This document shows positions 1 through 11,068 of a DNA stretch of 64,000 nucleotides, in pieces. How positions within the stretch are numbered: the stretch's first letter is position 1; the number at the start of each line of letters is the position of its first letter. The position numbers were made by a program, and so were the translations under genes. The stretch lies in NCBI GenBank assembly GCA_943789065.1, contig CALSSQ010000001.1, forward strand, positions 523,827 through 587,826, given 5' to 3'. The stretch is from an uncultured Candidatus Actinomarinales bacterium. Lineage in GTDB: Bacteria; Actinomycetota; Acidimicrobiia; Actinomarinales; Actinomarinaceae. The notes under the pieces were generated by a model that saw nothing but the letters and a program-made list of their open reading frames with translations, was not told the DNA's origin and searched no databases.

Positions 1-2624
1 GACCAGCATATGCAATACTTCAAGTAATTTTTGGACGTCTGCAAAGTGAAGTCCTGTTGTGGGTTCATCTAGGATATACATTGTTTGACCTGTAGAACGT
101 TTGCTTAATTCCTTAGCAAGCTTAACTCTTTGAGCTTCTCCCCCAGAAAGTGTTGTAGCTGCTTGACCTAAGGTAATATAAGAAAGCCCAACATCATCTA
201 ATGTTTTGATTATTTTAAAAATTGAGGGCTGATTTTCAAATATTTTCAATGAATTTTCAATAGTTGAGTTCAGAATATCAGCAATACTGTAGCCTTTCCA
301 TTTTATACTCAATGTTTCTGGATTGTATCTTGAACCATCACAGTCTTCACATTTAACATATACATCAGGTAGGAAATACATTTCAACTTTAATTGTGCCG
401 TCACCCCTACATACTTCACACCTACCACCAGGTACATTAAAAGAGAATCTTCCTGGTTTATATCCTCTGATTTTAGATTCTTCAGTCATAGAATATAATT
501 TACGAATCATATCGAAGACACCAGAATAAGTGGCTGGGTTTGATCGAGGTGTTCGTCCAATTGGTGATTGATCTATTTCAATTAACTTATCTAGGTAATT
601 TAATCCTGAGATACTTTTATGTATACCAGGAGGTATCCAATTCTTTCTTGTAAATTCATTTTGAATAGCCTTAGATAAAATTTCGGTTACAAGTGTCGAT
701 TTTCCACTTCCGGAGACTCCTGTAACGGAAATAAATTTACCAAGAGGAAACTCAACTGTAAGGTTTTTTAAATTATTTTCTTGGGCTCCTCTTAATACAA
801 TTTTTGACTTGTTTCCTTGCCTTCTTACTTTCGGATATGGAACTTTAACTTTTCCAGAAAGGTATCTACCTGTTATAGATTTCTTTACTTGAGCAACCTC
901 TTCCCATGTTCCAGATGCGACAATATTTCCACCTTGTTCGCCAGCTCCCCAGCCAATATCAATTAGGTGATCTGATTGCTTCATGGTTTCTTCATCATGC
1001 TCCACTACTAGTACAGTATTTCCTAGATTTCTAAGCCGTATTAATGTTTCTATTAATTTGTTATTATCCGATTGGTGTAATCCTATGGAAGGCTCGTCTA
1101 AAACATATAAGACTCCAGTCAAACCTGAGCCAATTTGTGTGGCTAATCTAATTCTTTGAGCTTCTCCACCTGAGAGTGTTGCGGCTCCACGATTTAATTG
1201 AAGATAACCAAGTCCTACTTCGTTTAAAAAGTTAAGTCTTTCTTTTATTTCTCTAAGAATAGCTTCTGCTATCTCTTTAGAGTTTCCTGTAAGTTTTAAT
1301 TTATCAATAACATCATAAGCCTTGGTTATTGATAGTTTATTGAACTGTCCTAATGTTAGTGACTTTACCTGCACCATTCTTGATCGTTCATTAAGTCTCT
1401 CACCTTCGCAACCACCACATGGAAGTTCACGCATAAATTGCATGTAGTAGTCACGTGCATGGTCTGATGTAGTTTCTTCGTAAAGTCTTTTAAACATTGG
1501 GATTATTCCAGGATATGGTCTCTCCCAAGTTCTTGAATTACCAAATCTATTTGTATATCTAATAGGAGTCTTAATTCCGTCACTTCCATTTAGTAATATA
1601 TGCTTATCGTTTTCGGAAAATCTTTATAAGAAATATCCATTGGTATCTCAAAAAATTCACAGACACCATAAATCTGTGCTCTAAAGTATTTTCTAGTAGA
1701 CATATCGGGAAATACATTTTCACCTATGCTTAATTCTCTATTTTTAATCAATAGTTTTTCATCAATCTCATAATTTATACCAAGCCCATTACACGTATTA
1801 CAAGCACCAAAAGGTGAGTTGAATGAAAAGTCTCGTGGCTCAAGTTTGTCATAAGAAGTTCCACATTCTAGGCAGCCTAGATTCTGACTATAATTCTGAA
1901 TATTTTCATTAAATCTTATATCAAGAGTTCCCCCAGTAAGCTTTAATGCTGTTTCAATAGATTGAGGTAATCGTCTTCCTGGTGTTTTTTTAATTTTAAC
2001 TCTATCTACAAGAACAGATATGTCATGATTGAAATATTTATCAAGTCTCTTTGCCTCATCAAGTCTTGTGAGTTCACCGTCTATATAAGCTCTTGTAAAT
2101 CCATCTTTTAATAAATCCTTAAAAAGTGATTCAAACTCACCCTTTCTGGATTTAACTACTGGAGCTAGAATCTCTATGTCTACGTTTTCACCAAGGGACA
2201 TAACTTGATTTACAATAAAATCTACTGACTGTTTTTCAATTTTAGAACCACATATTGGACAGTAACTTATACCAATTCTCGCCCAGAGTAAACGAAGATA
2301 GTCGTGCACTTCGGTAACTGTACCCACTGTTGATCTTGGACTTCTTGAAGATGTTTTTTGGTCGATCGCTATAGCAGGTGACAATCCCTCAATACTTTCA
2401 ACATCTGGCTTTTCCATTTGTCCTAAAAATTGTCGAGCATAAGCCGATAAACTTTCAACATACCTACGCTGTCCTTCTGCATATATTGTATCAAAAGCAA
2501 GTGATGATTTGCCCGATCCTGACAAACCAGTAATTACTACAAATTTATTTTTTGGAATATCGAGTGAAATATTTTTTAAATTATGTTCTTTTGCGCCTTT
2601 TACTTTTAAATAATCTTGAGACAT
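1..2624 (-). pseudogene. uvrA: Excinuclease ABC subunit UvrA; one frameshift near 1617 as sequenced (probably an error); 3' end runs off the window
   Basis: ORF 1590..2624 has Walker [24 protein letters not shown] and FSFNSPFGAC. A second frame read by hand from ~1617 to 1 gives LSGGEAQRIRLATQIGSGLTGVLYVLDEPSIGLH, GVSGSGKST and LSGGEAQRVKLA. One base is missing in the A-run at 1617-1620. Confidence 0.95.
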
Positions 2625-4624
2625 TAGCTTGGTAACTCCATAATTTCTTTTTTAATCTCTTTAAGTTCGTCCCTTAATCTAGCAGCTAATTCAAACTCTA
2701 ATAAATCAGCGGCAACCTTCATTTCCTTTTCAATATTTTTCGAGATTTTGTATAGATCCTGCTTTGAGGCATTGCTCAAATCTATATTCGATTTGAAATC
2801 CATATCATCCCTTGATGGTCTATTTTTCTCAACCATTTCAAGAATGTCGGTTATCTCTTTTGATATTGTTGTAGGGGTAATGCCGTATTTTTTGTTGTGG
2901 GCAATTTGGATTTCTCTTCTTCGCTCAGTTTCGTAAACTGATTTTGCAATTGAGTCAGTTTTTCTATCAGCATACATAATTACGTACCCATCCTTATTTC
3001 GAGCTGCTCTACCTATTGTTTGTATAAGGCTTGTCTCTGATCTTAAGAATCCTTCTTTATCCGCATCCATAATTGCTACGAGTTCTACTTCTGGTAAATC
3101 TAATCCCTCTCGCAAGAGGTTTATACCGACTAAGACATCGAATTCACCTTTTCTTAAATCGCGCAGTATTTCAATTCTTTCAAGGGTGTCTATGTCTGAA
3201 TGTAGATATCTAGTCTTAATTCCCATCTTTAAAAAATAGTCACTTAAAGCTTCACTCATTTTTTTAGTTAAAGTTGTAACTAAAACCCTATTTCCTCTGC
3301 CAATAACTTGATTTATCTCTTTTAACAAATCCTCAATTTGATTTTCAGTTGGCCTAATAATAATATTTGGATCTATTAGTCCTGTTGGTCTAATTATTTG
3401 CTCCACAAAGTTACTTGAATTTGCATTTTCCCACTTACCTGGGGTAGCTGATACAAGTACGGTATTTTTAATTTTTCCTTGCCATTCTTCAAATTTTAAA
3501 GGTCTATTATCTAAAGCAGCTGGGAGTCTAAAACCATAATCGACTAATGTTGTTTTTCTAGATTTATCACCCGCAAATTGTCCCCTTATTTGAGGTATCG
3601 CAATGTGGCTCTCGTCGACGACCATTAAAAATTCTTCCTGAAAGAAATCTAGTAATGTGTATACGGTGGATCACCTGGTTTTCTTCCATCAAAATATCTG
3701 GAATAATTCTCTATTCCTGAGCACACCCCTAACTCTCTCAACATCTCCAAATCAAACATAGTTCTTTGTTTAATTCTTTGAGCCTCTAATAATTTATCCT
3801 GTTTTTCAAACTTTTTTATCTGTTTATTCATATCTTTTTCAATTTGATTTAAAGCATTGTTCATGACATCCTCAGATGTTACGTAATGTGAAGCTGGAAG
3901 AATTGCTAGTTCTGTAAGTTTTTCTAATATTTCACCAGTAACAGGATCTATTCTCAGAATATTCTCGATTTCGTCACCAAAATATTCAACTCTAAAAATT
4001 GTTTCCTCATACACAGGGAAATATGTCCAGGGTGTCACCTTTAAGCCTGAATGTTCCTCTTGTGACTACAAGATCATTTCTTACGTACTGTTGTCGAATG
4101 AGTTCTTCTAATAGTTGGTCAAGTTCAAATTCCTCACCCTTAAAAAGAGGTATAATTTTATTTTTATACTCTTGGGGAGACCCCAGTCCATATATACAAG
4201 ACACTGATGAAACTACTATGACGTCTTTTCTTAGTAACAATGCACTTGTGGCTGAATGTCTTAATCTGTCGATCTCTTCATTTATATTTGAATCTTTTTC
4301 TATAAAAGTATCTGTCCTTGGAACATAAGCTTCAGGTTGATAGTAGTCGTAATATGATACAAAATATTCAACCCTATTTTCTGGAAAAAATTGCTTAAAC
4401 TCATTAGCTAGTTGAGCAGCTAATGCTTTATTTGGAGCAAGTACAAGGGAGGGCATTTGCAACTCTTCAATAAGCCATGCTATTGTGGCAGACTTTCCAG
4501 AACCTGTAATACCCATTAAAGTTTGGTAATCTAATCCATTTGTAACACCATTTTTTAGATTTTGTATTGCTTTTGGCTGATCTCCTTGTGGTGTAAAATC
4601 AGATATTACTTTAAACTTATTCAT
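2624..4624 (-). pseudogene. uvrB: Excinuclease ABC subunit UvrB; split into three ORFs by a +1 (~4017) and a +2 (~3657) insertion as sequenced (probably errors)
   Basis: GITGSGKS and [13 protein letters not shown] (4007..4636), CSGIENYSRYFDGR (3649..4038), DESH...VGINLLREGLD...QTIGRAAR and the C-terminal UVR domain (2624..3625). Start placed at ATG 4624, overlapping the coaE stop. Confidence 0.95.
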
Positions 4625-5177
4625 TTTTCGAATCAAAGAAATTATCTAGTTGTGCTTGTAATTCTTTAACTGAAGTATTTTCTATCACCAACCCAAGTGA
4701 TTTCCACCAAGATTCATCTTGTTGAGTTTTAATTCGATTGTCTATATCAGTTAATGACATACCTCTTTTTTTAAGTCTGTTTCTACGAGTTTGTTCGTCA
4801 GCAAAAATAACAACAGTAGGATAAAGTTTAGAAATATTTTTAGGGGCTGAAGCCTCTATGAATAAGTGTTCTTTGGTTTCCTGTATTACTACTAATACTC
4901 GTTCCGTTACTAAAGGATGTAAAAAGTTTTCTAGTAATCTAAGTTTTTCAGAATTTGTAAAAACAATATCTGCTAATAATTGTCTATCAACAGTATTTCC
5001 TTTTACACAATTGCTGAACTCTTCTTTTAAAAATGGTAAAGAATCTTGACTTTGTAAGATTTCGTTTGAAATTTGATCTAAATCAATTGTTTTAAAGTTT
5101 TTGTTCGCTAAATATTCACAAGCAGTGGACTTCCCACTTCCTATTGGGCCTGTAATAATTGTTACTCTTGAATCCAT
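4617..5177 (-). CDS. coaE: Dephospho-CoA kinase
   Basis: [30 protein letters not shown]; lies between rpsA and uvrB as in Actinobacteria. Confidence 0.93.
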   Translation of the reverse strand: MDSRVTIITGPIGSGKSTACEYLANKNFKTIDLDQISNEILQSQDSLPFLKEEFSNCVKGNTVDRQLLADIVFTNSEKLRLLENFLHPLVTERVLVVIQETKEHLFIEASAPKNISKLYPTVVIFADEQTRRNRLKKRGMSLTDIDNRIKTQQDESWWKSLGLVIENTSVKELQAQLDNFFDSKNE

Positions 5178-5207
5178 ATGCTTAAGGATAAAGAATATTA
5201 GGAACTA

Positions 5208-6485
5208 TTAGGAGTTTCCTATTCCTCTTTCTTTGAGTTCCTGAAGAATATTCTCTAAAGACTCATCTACACCTTCAACAGTTTGACGTTCTTGTTTTTG
5301 TTCTTGTTTTTCCTCAGATTGTGATGAGTGAGTTTTAGGAGCATTTTTCTTTTCTTCCACATCTTTCCAATTCGGATCAGCTTGTTTGATTGAAAGATTA
5401 ACTCTCCTTTTAGGTATATCAAGTTCAGTAATTTTAATTTTGACTTTTTGCCCTATAGCGAGTGCTAATTCTGGAGAATCGACTTTATCAACTGAAATCT
5501 CTGAAACGTGAACTAGTCCCTCTACACCTTTTCCGATAGTGACAAATGCACCGAATGGTACTACTTTGGTAACTTCGCCATCAACAATGTCATCTTGTTT
5601 GTATTGTAATTCAAAATCTGCCCATGGATCTTCTGTTACTTGTTTAATAGATAATGATATTCTTTCTTTGTCGTTGTCTATTTCAAGAACTTTTACAGTA
5701 ACGGTATCTCCAACTTTTACGACTTCATTCGGATTCTCTACATGTCTCCATGATAATTCTGAAACGTGAACTAGGCCATCCATACCACCAATGTCAACGA
5801 ATGCTCCAAAATTAACAATCGAAGATATCTTACCTTCTTTGATATTTCCAACCTCTAAATTTTCTAAGAAACTCTTTCTTTCTCCTGATTGTTCTTGTTC
5901 TAAGTGAGCTTTTCGTGAAAGTACAATATTATTTCTCTGACGATCAAGTTCTAAAATTTTTGCTTCTATCTCTTCACCAATATAAGAAGTTAATTCCTTT
6001 ACTCTCCGGACGTCAATTAAGGAAGCGGGAAGAAAACCTCTTACGCCAATGTCTACAATTAACCCACCTTTTACACTTTCAATTACTGTCCCTTTGACAG
6101 ATTTGTCATTATCTGAGATCTCTTGAATGTCCCCCCAAGCTTTTTCATAAATAGCCCTTTTAACAGAAAGAATAAGTCTTCCTTCATCATCTTCTTTATC
6201 CAATACAAGAGCTTGAATCTTGTCACCTTCATTTACAAGATCTTTAGGGTTGACCGATTTTCGAACTGATAATTCTCTGGATGGTATTACTCCTTCTGAT
6301 TTGTAACCAACATCTACCATTACTTCATTTCGGTCTATGCGGACAATAGTTCCTTCAATAACGTCACCATCATTAAAAGTTATTAGAGTTTTTTCTAGTA
6401 AATCTGGGAAATCTTCAGGTTTGATATCGTCTGGGAGTTCAACAACGTTTGAAGGTTCAATTACCTTCTCTTGATTATCTGTCAT
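5208..6485 (-). CDS. rpsA: 30S ribosomal protein S1 (four S1 domains)
   Basis: DVGYKSEGVIP, GLIVDIGVRGFLPASL, FGAFVDIGGMDGLVHVSELSW, GVEGLVHVSEIS. Confidence 0.97.
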   Translation of the reverse strand: MTDNQEKVIEPSNVVELPDDIKPEDFPDLLEKTLITFNDGDVIEGTIVRIDRNEVMVDVGYKSEGVIPSRELSVRKSVNPKDLVNEGDKIQALVLDKEDDEGRLILSVKRAIYEKAWGDIQEISDNDKSVKGTVIESVKGGLIVDIGVRGFLPASLIDVRRVKELTSYIGEEIEAKILELDRQRNNIVLSRKAHLEQEQSGERKSFLENLEVGNIKEGKISSIVNFGAFVDIGGMDGLVHVSELSWRHVENPNEVVKVGDTVTVKVLEIDNDKERISLSIKQVTEDPWADFELQYKQDDIVDGEVTKVVPFGAFVTIGKGVEGLVHVSEISVDKVDSPELALAIGQKVKIKITELDIPKRRVNLSIKQADPNWKDVEEKKNAPKTHSSQSEEKQEQKQERQTVEGVDESLENILQELKERGIGNS

Positions 6486-6524
6486 ATAGTTTAATTATTT
6501 CCAATCATATTATTTTCGACTTTT

Positions 6525-6533
6525 AGCATAACA
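6525..6533 (-). promoter_or_regulatory. Putative extended -10 promoter (TGnTATGCT) for rpsA
   Basis: Minus strand reads TGT-TATGCT about 40 nt upstream of the rpsA ATG, in the polA-rpsA gap. Confidence 0.35.
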
Positions 6534-6558
6534 TATCTACAGTTTTTACAAACGAATA

Positions 6559-9060
6559 TTAATTATTTGCTAAATTTTTATTATTTTTTATATTAACAAA
6601 TAATGGAACTTTAAGTTGGGTTGCGCTTTCCATTTCGGTTCTTATGATGTTTGTGACCTCTTCAATGTTTGCAATAGGTGTCTGAACTATAATCTCGTCA
6701 TGGATCTGTAGTAATAAATCTGTAGATTTTAAATCTGATATTTTACTTTCCACCTTAAGCATTGCTATTTTCATAATATCTGCTGCTGTTCCTTGAATGG
6801 GAGCATTCATTGCAATTCTTTTTCCCATGGCTTTTAGTTGAAAGTTAGAAGAACCTAACTCTTTTATAATTCGTTTTCTTCCATAAAGTGTTTTTGTAAA
6901 CCCATTTTTTTCAGCATCCGATACTATTGTGTCCAAAAATCCTTTTATTTTCGGGAACTGAGAAAAATATGCATCTATGAGTTCTTGTGCTTCATTTTTA
7001 GTAATATCAAGACTTTTAGAAAGTCCAAATGATTCCATTCCATAAATAAGACCAAAGTTAACTTCTTTAGCCTTTCTTCTCATATCTTTTGTTACTGAAG
7101 CTAAGCTGACGTTAAAAATTCTTGATGCAGTTTCAGTGTGGATATCAGAATCAATAGAACTAAGGATTTCTATCATATTTTTATCAGTACTTAGATGGGC
7201 AAGTACTCGTAATTCAATTTGTGAGTAGTCAGAAATAATAAAAGTATGATTCGTGTCAGCAATAAAGAATTCCCTTATTTTTTGGCCAATATCTGTTTTA
7301 TTAGGAATATTTTGGAGATTTGGTTTTTCTGAAGATAGCCGACCAGTTGTTGTTCCAAAAAGATTGTAAGTTGTATGAATTCTATTTTTATCGGTAATTT
7401 CTGTTTTTAAACCATCAATATAGGTAGATCTAATTTTTTCATATTCTCGATATTTCAATATATATTTAGGGAGTTCGTAATCTTTCGAAAGTTCTTCAAG
7501 TACTGAACCATCCGTTGACGGTGCTCCTTTTGGAGTCTTTTTAATCACAGGAAGGTTCATGTCTTCAAATAGAACTTTAGCTAATTGTTTCGGAGAATTT
7601 AAATTAAACTCTTGCTTGGTTATCTCGAGTATTTTTTCTCTATAATCAGAGATTTCTTGATTGATAATTTTTGAAAGAGTTTCAATTTTTTTATTTGAAA
7701 CTTTAACTCCTTTAATCTGCATAGAGTTAAGTACAGATACAATCGGGAAGTCTAATTCTTCATAAAGTTTTATTAAAGATTTATCAGATTTGAAATTCTT
7801 TAAATCAGTTATTATATGATTGTAATTTAAATTAAAAAATTTAATAAAGTCATCAATTGTGGATTTTTTATTTAGAAGATTAGCTTGTTCTATATGTTTA
7901 CAAACATTTAAAAGATTATCCGGTCTTTTATTGGGATCGTGTAAAAATAAAAGACAATCGTAAGCAGTAACATACTTATTATCCAATTTAGGTAATGTAG
8001 TAAATAATTTTTGAGTTGTAAGTGAAATGAAATCTTTATCAATGACTACCCCATCTACCAATCGTCCTGCTATCTCATCGTTGACAACATAAATATTATT
8101 TTCAAATTCAAAAAGTAAAGAATTGATTGGGAAATTTTTTGAACTAATTTCATTTATAGTTAGGTCTGTAGAATCAACATCAGTAATCTCTTGTTGAGAT
8201 TTATACTTTCTTATATATTTATTAAGTTCAAGCTTTGTAACTTGCTCTTGTGAATCTTTTAGAACGTTATCTGAATAAAATATAGTATCTTCAATTTTGA
8301 TATCAGGTATCTTAAGTTCTAAATCGGTACGAATTGTTGCTAGGTCTTTACTCATCAATAGTATTTCTTTATTATCCTCAAATGAACCTTTTATTTTCGG
8401 AGTTAATTCATCTAGATTTTTATAAATAGTATTAATATCTTTATATTTTTGTAATAAATTAATTGCCGTTTTTTCACCAACTCCTGGTAAACCTGGGATG
8501 TTATCAGAAGGATCACCTTTTAAGGCAAGATATTCAACATATTGCTTTGTGTTTATTCCAAATTTATTTACGAAGAATTTTTCATCTACCAGATCAACAT
8601 CTGAAATACCCCGTTTTGTATATAGTATTTTTGTCTTATTAGAAATCAATTGATATGTATCTCTATCGCCGGTAACAATAAGAACTTTTTTATTTTTCTG
8701 ATTTAACGTCACGGAGAGAGATCCTAAAACATCATCAGCTTCATAACCCTCTTTTGAAACTTGTGGAATGTTAAACGTATCCAACAGATTGTGTAATAGA
8801 GGTACTTGAATATTAAAATTATCAGGTGCAGACGTTCTGTTGGCTTTGTAATCTGTGTATATATCATTTCTAAAGGTATTTCCTGGTAGATCCCACGTTA
8901 CAATTAATTGTTCTAATTTATAGTCTGACGTTATTTTATTGAGCATTGATAAAAAGCCATGGATGACGTTTGTTGGAGTACCCTTGGATGTCATCAAAGT
9001 TTCAGGCAAAGCATAAAAAGCCCTGAAAGCAATGCTAAAACCATCAATGAGAACAATCAT
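6559..9060 (-). CDS. polA: DNA polymerase I
   Basis: 5'-3' exonuclease motifs (LIDGFSIAFRAFYA, GYEADD, GDPSDNIPG) and polymerase motifs (TGRLSSEKPNLQNIP, DYSQIELR, NFGLIYG, QIHDE). The central 3'-5' exonuclease region is degenerate. Confidence 0.97.
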   Translation of the reverse strand: MIVLIDGFSIAFRAFYALPETLMTSKGTPTNVIHGFLSMLNKITSDYKLEQLIVTWDLPGNTFRNDIYTDYKANRTSAPDNFNIQVPLLHNLLDTFNIPQVSKEGYEADDVLGSLSVTLNQKNKKVLIVTGDRDTYQLISNKTKILYTKRGISDVDLVDEKFFVNKFGINTKQYVEYLALKGDPSDNIPGLPGVGEKTAINLLQKYKDINTIYKNLDELTPKIKGSFEDNKEILLMSKDLATIRTDLELKIPDIKIEDTIFYSDNVLKDSQEQVTKLELNKYIRKYKSQQEITDVDSTDLTINEISSKNFPINSLLFEFENNIYVVNDEIAGRLVDGVVIDKDFISLTTQKLFTTLPKLDNKYVTAYDCLLFLHDPNKRPDNLLNVCKHIEQANLLNKKSTIDDFIKFFNLNYNHIITDLKNFKSDKSLIKLYEELDFPIVSVLNSMQIKGVKVSNKKIETLSKIINQEISDYREKILEITKQEFNLNSPKQLAKVLFEDMNLPVIKKTPKGAPSTDGSVLEELSKDYELPKYILKYREYEKIRSTYIDGLKTEITDKNRIHTTYNLFGTTTGRLSSEKPNLQNIPNKTDIGQKIREFFIADTNHTFIISDYSQIELRVLAHLSTDKNMIEILSSIDSDIHTETASRIFNVSLASVTKDMRRKAKEVNFGLIYGMESFGLSKSLDITKNEAQELIDAYFSQFPKIKGFLDTIVSDAEKNGFTKTLYGRKRIIKELGSSNFQLKAMGKRIAMNAPIQGTAADIMKIAMLKVESKISDLKSTDLLLQIHDEIIVQTPIANIEEVTNIIRTEMESATQLKVPLFVNIKNNKNLANN

Positions 9061-9129
9061 CCTTTCATTGTAAACTTAAATTATTTTTCTCTCTTTGGAT
9101 TAAATATGAAATATAATCATAGAAGTAAA

Positions 9130-9211
9130 GCCCGGATGGCGGAATTGGCAGACGCGCTGGATTCAAAATCCAGTATCTTCGGATGTGGGGGTTCGACTCC
9201 CCCTCCGGGTA
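9130..9211 (+). tRNA. tRNA-Leu (anticodon CAA)
   Basis: Acceptor GCCCGGA/TCCGGGT, D-arm GCGGAATTGGCAGACGC, anticodon arm CTGGA-TTCAAAA-TCCAG, long variable arm, T-arm GGGGG-TTCGACT-CCCCC. CCA is not encoded. Confidence 0.96.
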
Positions 9212-9251
9212 CTTTTTATATACAAAAAAACTCTTTGTCTAGAATGGTTAC

Positions 9252-9623
9252 TTGAAGAAGATACCTACATTTAGTTTTACAGTTTTTATTGTATTGATTA
9301 TTTCTTTAATTATTGTTTTCATAAATAGCGATGATACTTTTGGTCAAACTTTTATAGAACAGATCCGGGTTGCTGATAGTGATGACACATTAGATACTCT
9401 ATCCGATGAAAAACTTGTTTCGTTAGGAAAAGCAGTATGTCAATCAAGTGCAGAATGGAAAGATGAAAATAACTCCTTGATAGTAATAAATAATATTGTT
9501 TCAGATTTTGATATAAATACTTCTGTTGACGACAGAATTTTACCAATTTTAAGATTCCAGTCATCGTATGAACTTTGTCCTGAATATGTTGAAAGATTAG
9601 AAAGTCTATTCATTGAAGAATAG
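9252..9623 (+). CDS. Membrane-anchored/secreted protein, DUF732-like
   Basis: N-terminal hydrophobic anchor; LVSLGKAVC...YELCPEY two-Cys pattern resembles DUF732. Confidence 0.55.
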   Translation: MKKIPTFSFTVFIVLIISLIIVFINSDDTFGQTFIEQIRVADSDDTLDTLSDEKLVSLGKAVCQSSAEWKDENNSLIVINNIVSDFDINTSVDDRILPILRFQSSYELCPEYVERLESLFIEE

Positions 9624-10215
9624 TAAAGAAATTCTTAGTCGTATGCCTCAATTGCTTCTTGGTCTCTTTTTTTGTGGTTTTGGTCTAGCTTTTACAATTG
9701 AAGCTAACTTAGGATTAAACTCTTGGGATGTTTTTCATGACGGGTTTAGCAAGCTTGTAAATGTTAAAATTGGTTTTGCAGGTGTTATAACCGGTTTCAT
9801 TTTGCTTCTTGGGTGGATACCCCTTAAGCAGGTACCATTTATCGGCACAATTATAAACATACTGACGATTGGTAACGTTATTGATTTAACCATGTTATAT
9901 TTGCCAGCTCCTGAATTAATGTATGTTAGACATCTATATCTCTACTTTGGAACAATAGTATTTGCGATGGGAGTTGGCCTTTATATAGGTGCTGGATTGG
10001 GTCCCGGACCAAGAGATGGAATTATGACAGGAATTTCAAAACTGGGACCAAGTATTAGAGTCACAAGAATAGGAATTGACTTTTCTGCATTTATGCTTGG
10101 AGTTTTACTTGGAGGTTCATATGGCTACGGAACGGTTGTAATGGTTCTCTCTGTTGGTCCAATTGTGCAATACTCACTATCAAAATTTGATAAAGGCGCT
10201 ATTTTCTCACTATAA
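9613..10215 (+). CDS. YczE/YyaS/YitT family membrane protein
   Basis: ANLGLNSWDVFHDG, GTIIN, GAGLGPGPRDGIMTG, GGSYGYGT. Confidence 0.85.
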   Translation: MKNSKEILSRMPQLLLGLFFCGFGLAFTIEANLGLNSWDVFHDGFSKLVNVKIGFAGVITGFILLLGWIPLKQVPFIGTIINILTIGNVIDLTMLYLPAPELMYVRHLYLYFGTIVFAMGVGLYIGAGLGPGPRDGIMTGISKLGPSIRVTRIGIDFSAFMLGVLLGGSYGYGTVVMVLSVGPIVQYSLSKFDKGAIFSL

Positions 10216-10501
10216 ATACTTGTACATTCAAATTTATCTCACTATTAGCTTTAATGTAGAGACTTCCTTTTTGATAAATTAATCTTCTTATCGCAGATAC
10301 CGTATCAAATTTATCGTAATCTAATTTATTAACAATATCCTTAACAAGTATTCCATTTTTAACTACGGAAGTAACTGATTGTTCTAATTTAGATAAGTAT
10401 TTTGTATTTTTATACTTTGTTCGGCATTTAGAAGAACACAAAAAATATTTTTCAGAAACATTTTTATAAAGAATTCTTCCGCAATAATCACATCTCTGCA
10501 T
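10199..10501 (-). CDS. Hypothetical protein with N-terminal C4 (FCS/TRASH-like) zinc finger and possible C-terminal winged helix
   Basis: CDYC-x14-CSSKC; starts 1 nt after the ygfZ stop; C-terminal VKDIVNKLDYDKFDTVSAIRRLIYQKG looks HTH-like. Confidence 0.65.
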   Translation of the reverse strand: MQRCDYCGRILYKNVSEKYFLCSSKCRTKYKNTKYLSKLEQSVTSVVKNGILVKDIVNKLDYDKFDTVSAIRRLIYQKGSLYIKANSEINLNVQVFIVRK

Positions 10502-10502
10502 T

Positions 10503-11066
10503 CTAAATTTTTATGAATTCCTGAGAGTCTTTGTTCGATTGTAAAAGTCTTCTAGGTCTTCCTCTAAATTTAACTCGGGAAGCTTGCTCTTGACCGAGAA
10601 AACAACCCTTATTAAAGTCAACCATAAAATCCAACCATTTAGTCTCATTTGGGAGGAGACCATCAAGGGTTATTTCTGGTAAAGGTAACTCTAGTATTAA
10701 GGACAGATCAGCCCAGTCGATAATATTTTTTTGATCTAAATTCTCAATAAATTTAAAGTTGTCATCTTGCAATACAAGACCCAAATATTTTTCATCTTTA
10801 ATAATCTCAAGAGAACATTTAGTTCTGATTTTATAAAAATCTAAACTTTCTTTGATGCGGGTGAGCTCTTGTTCGCTCTGGTATATAAATAATTTATCAT
10901 TAACTCTTTTAATAACAAACCAGTGATTAACTTTTCCGTCTGGTTTAAGTAAAAACGATGTTTTAAATATATTGACCATAGGATCTATAGAGATCAAGGA
11001 TTCGATAAATTTAATTGCATCATCTCCTTCTATTTTTAAAGAGTGGGTACTTATTACTGTGTTCAT
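10503..11066 (-). CDS. ygfZ: YgfZ/GcvT-like folate-binding Fe-S repair protein (short)
   Basis: Signature DFNKGCFLGQE and N-terminal IEGDDAIKFI...LLKPDGKV. Start placed at ATG 11066, just after the ccdA stop. Confidence 0.8.
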   Translation of the reverse strand: MNTVISTHSLKIEGDDAIKFIESLISIDPMVNIFKTSFLLKPDGKVNHWFVIKRVNDKLFIYQSEQELTRIKESLDFYKIRTKCSLEIIKDEKYLGLVLQDDNFKFIENLDQKNIIDWADLSLILELPLPEITLDGLLPNETKWLDFMVDFNKGCFLGQEQASRVKFRGRPRRLLQSNKDSQEFIKI

Positions 11067-11068
11067 AA

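Noticed and set aside
323..529. 68-aa plus-strand ORF
   Set aside because: Antisense shadow of the uvrA C-terminal frame, which the ORF track missed because it has no stop inside the window.
3640..4025. Programmed frameshifting in uvrB/uvrA
   Set aside because: No slippery heptamers or stimulatory structures seen; the indels are in homopolymer or dinucleotide contexts typical of sequencing error.
8959..9255. 98-aa ORF spanning the polA start and the tRNA
   Set aside because: Overlaps tRNA-Leu and antisense polA; no protein-like features.
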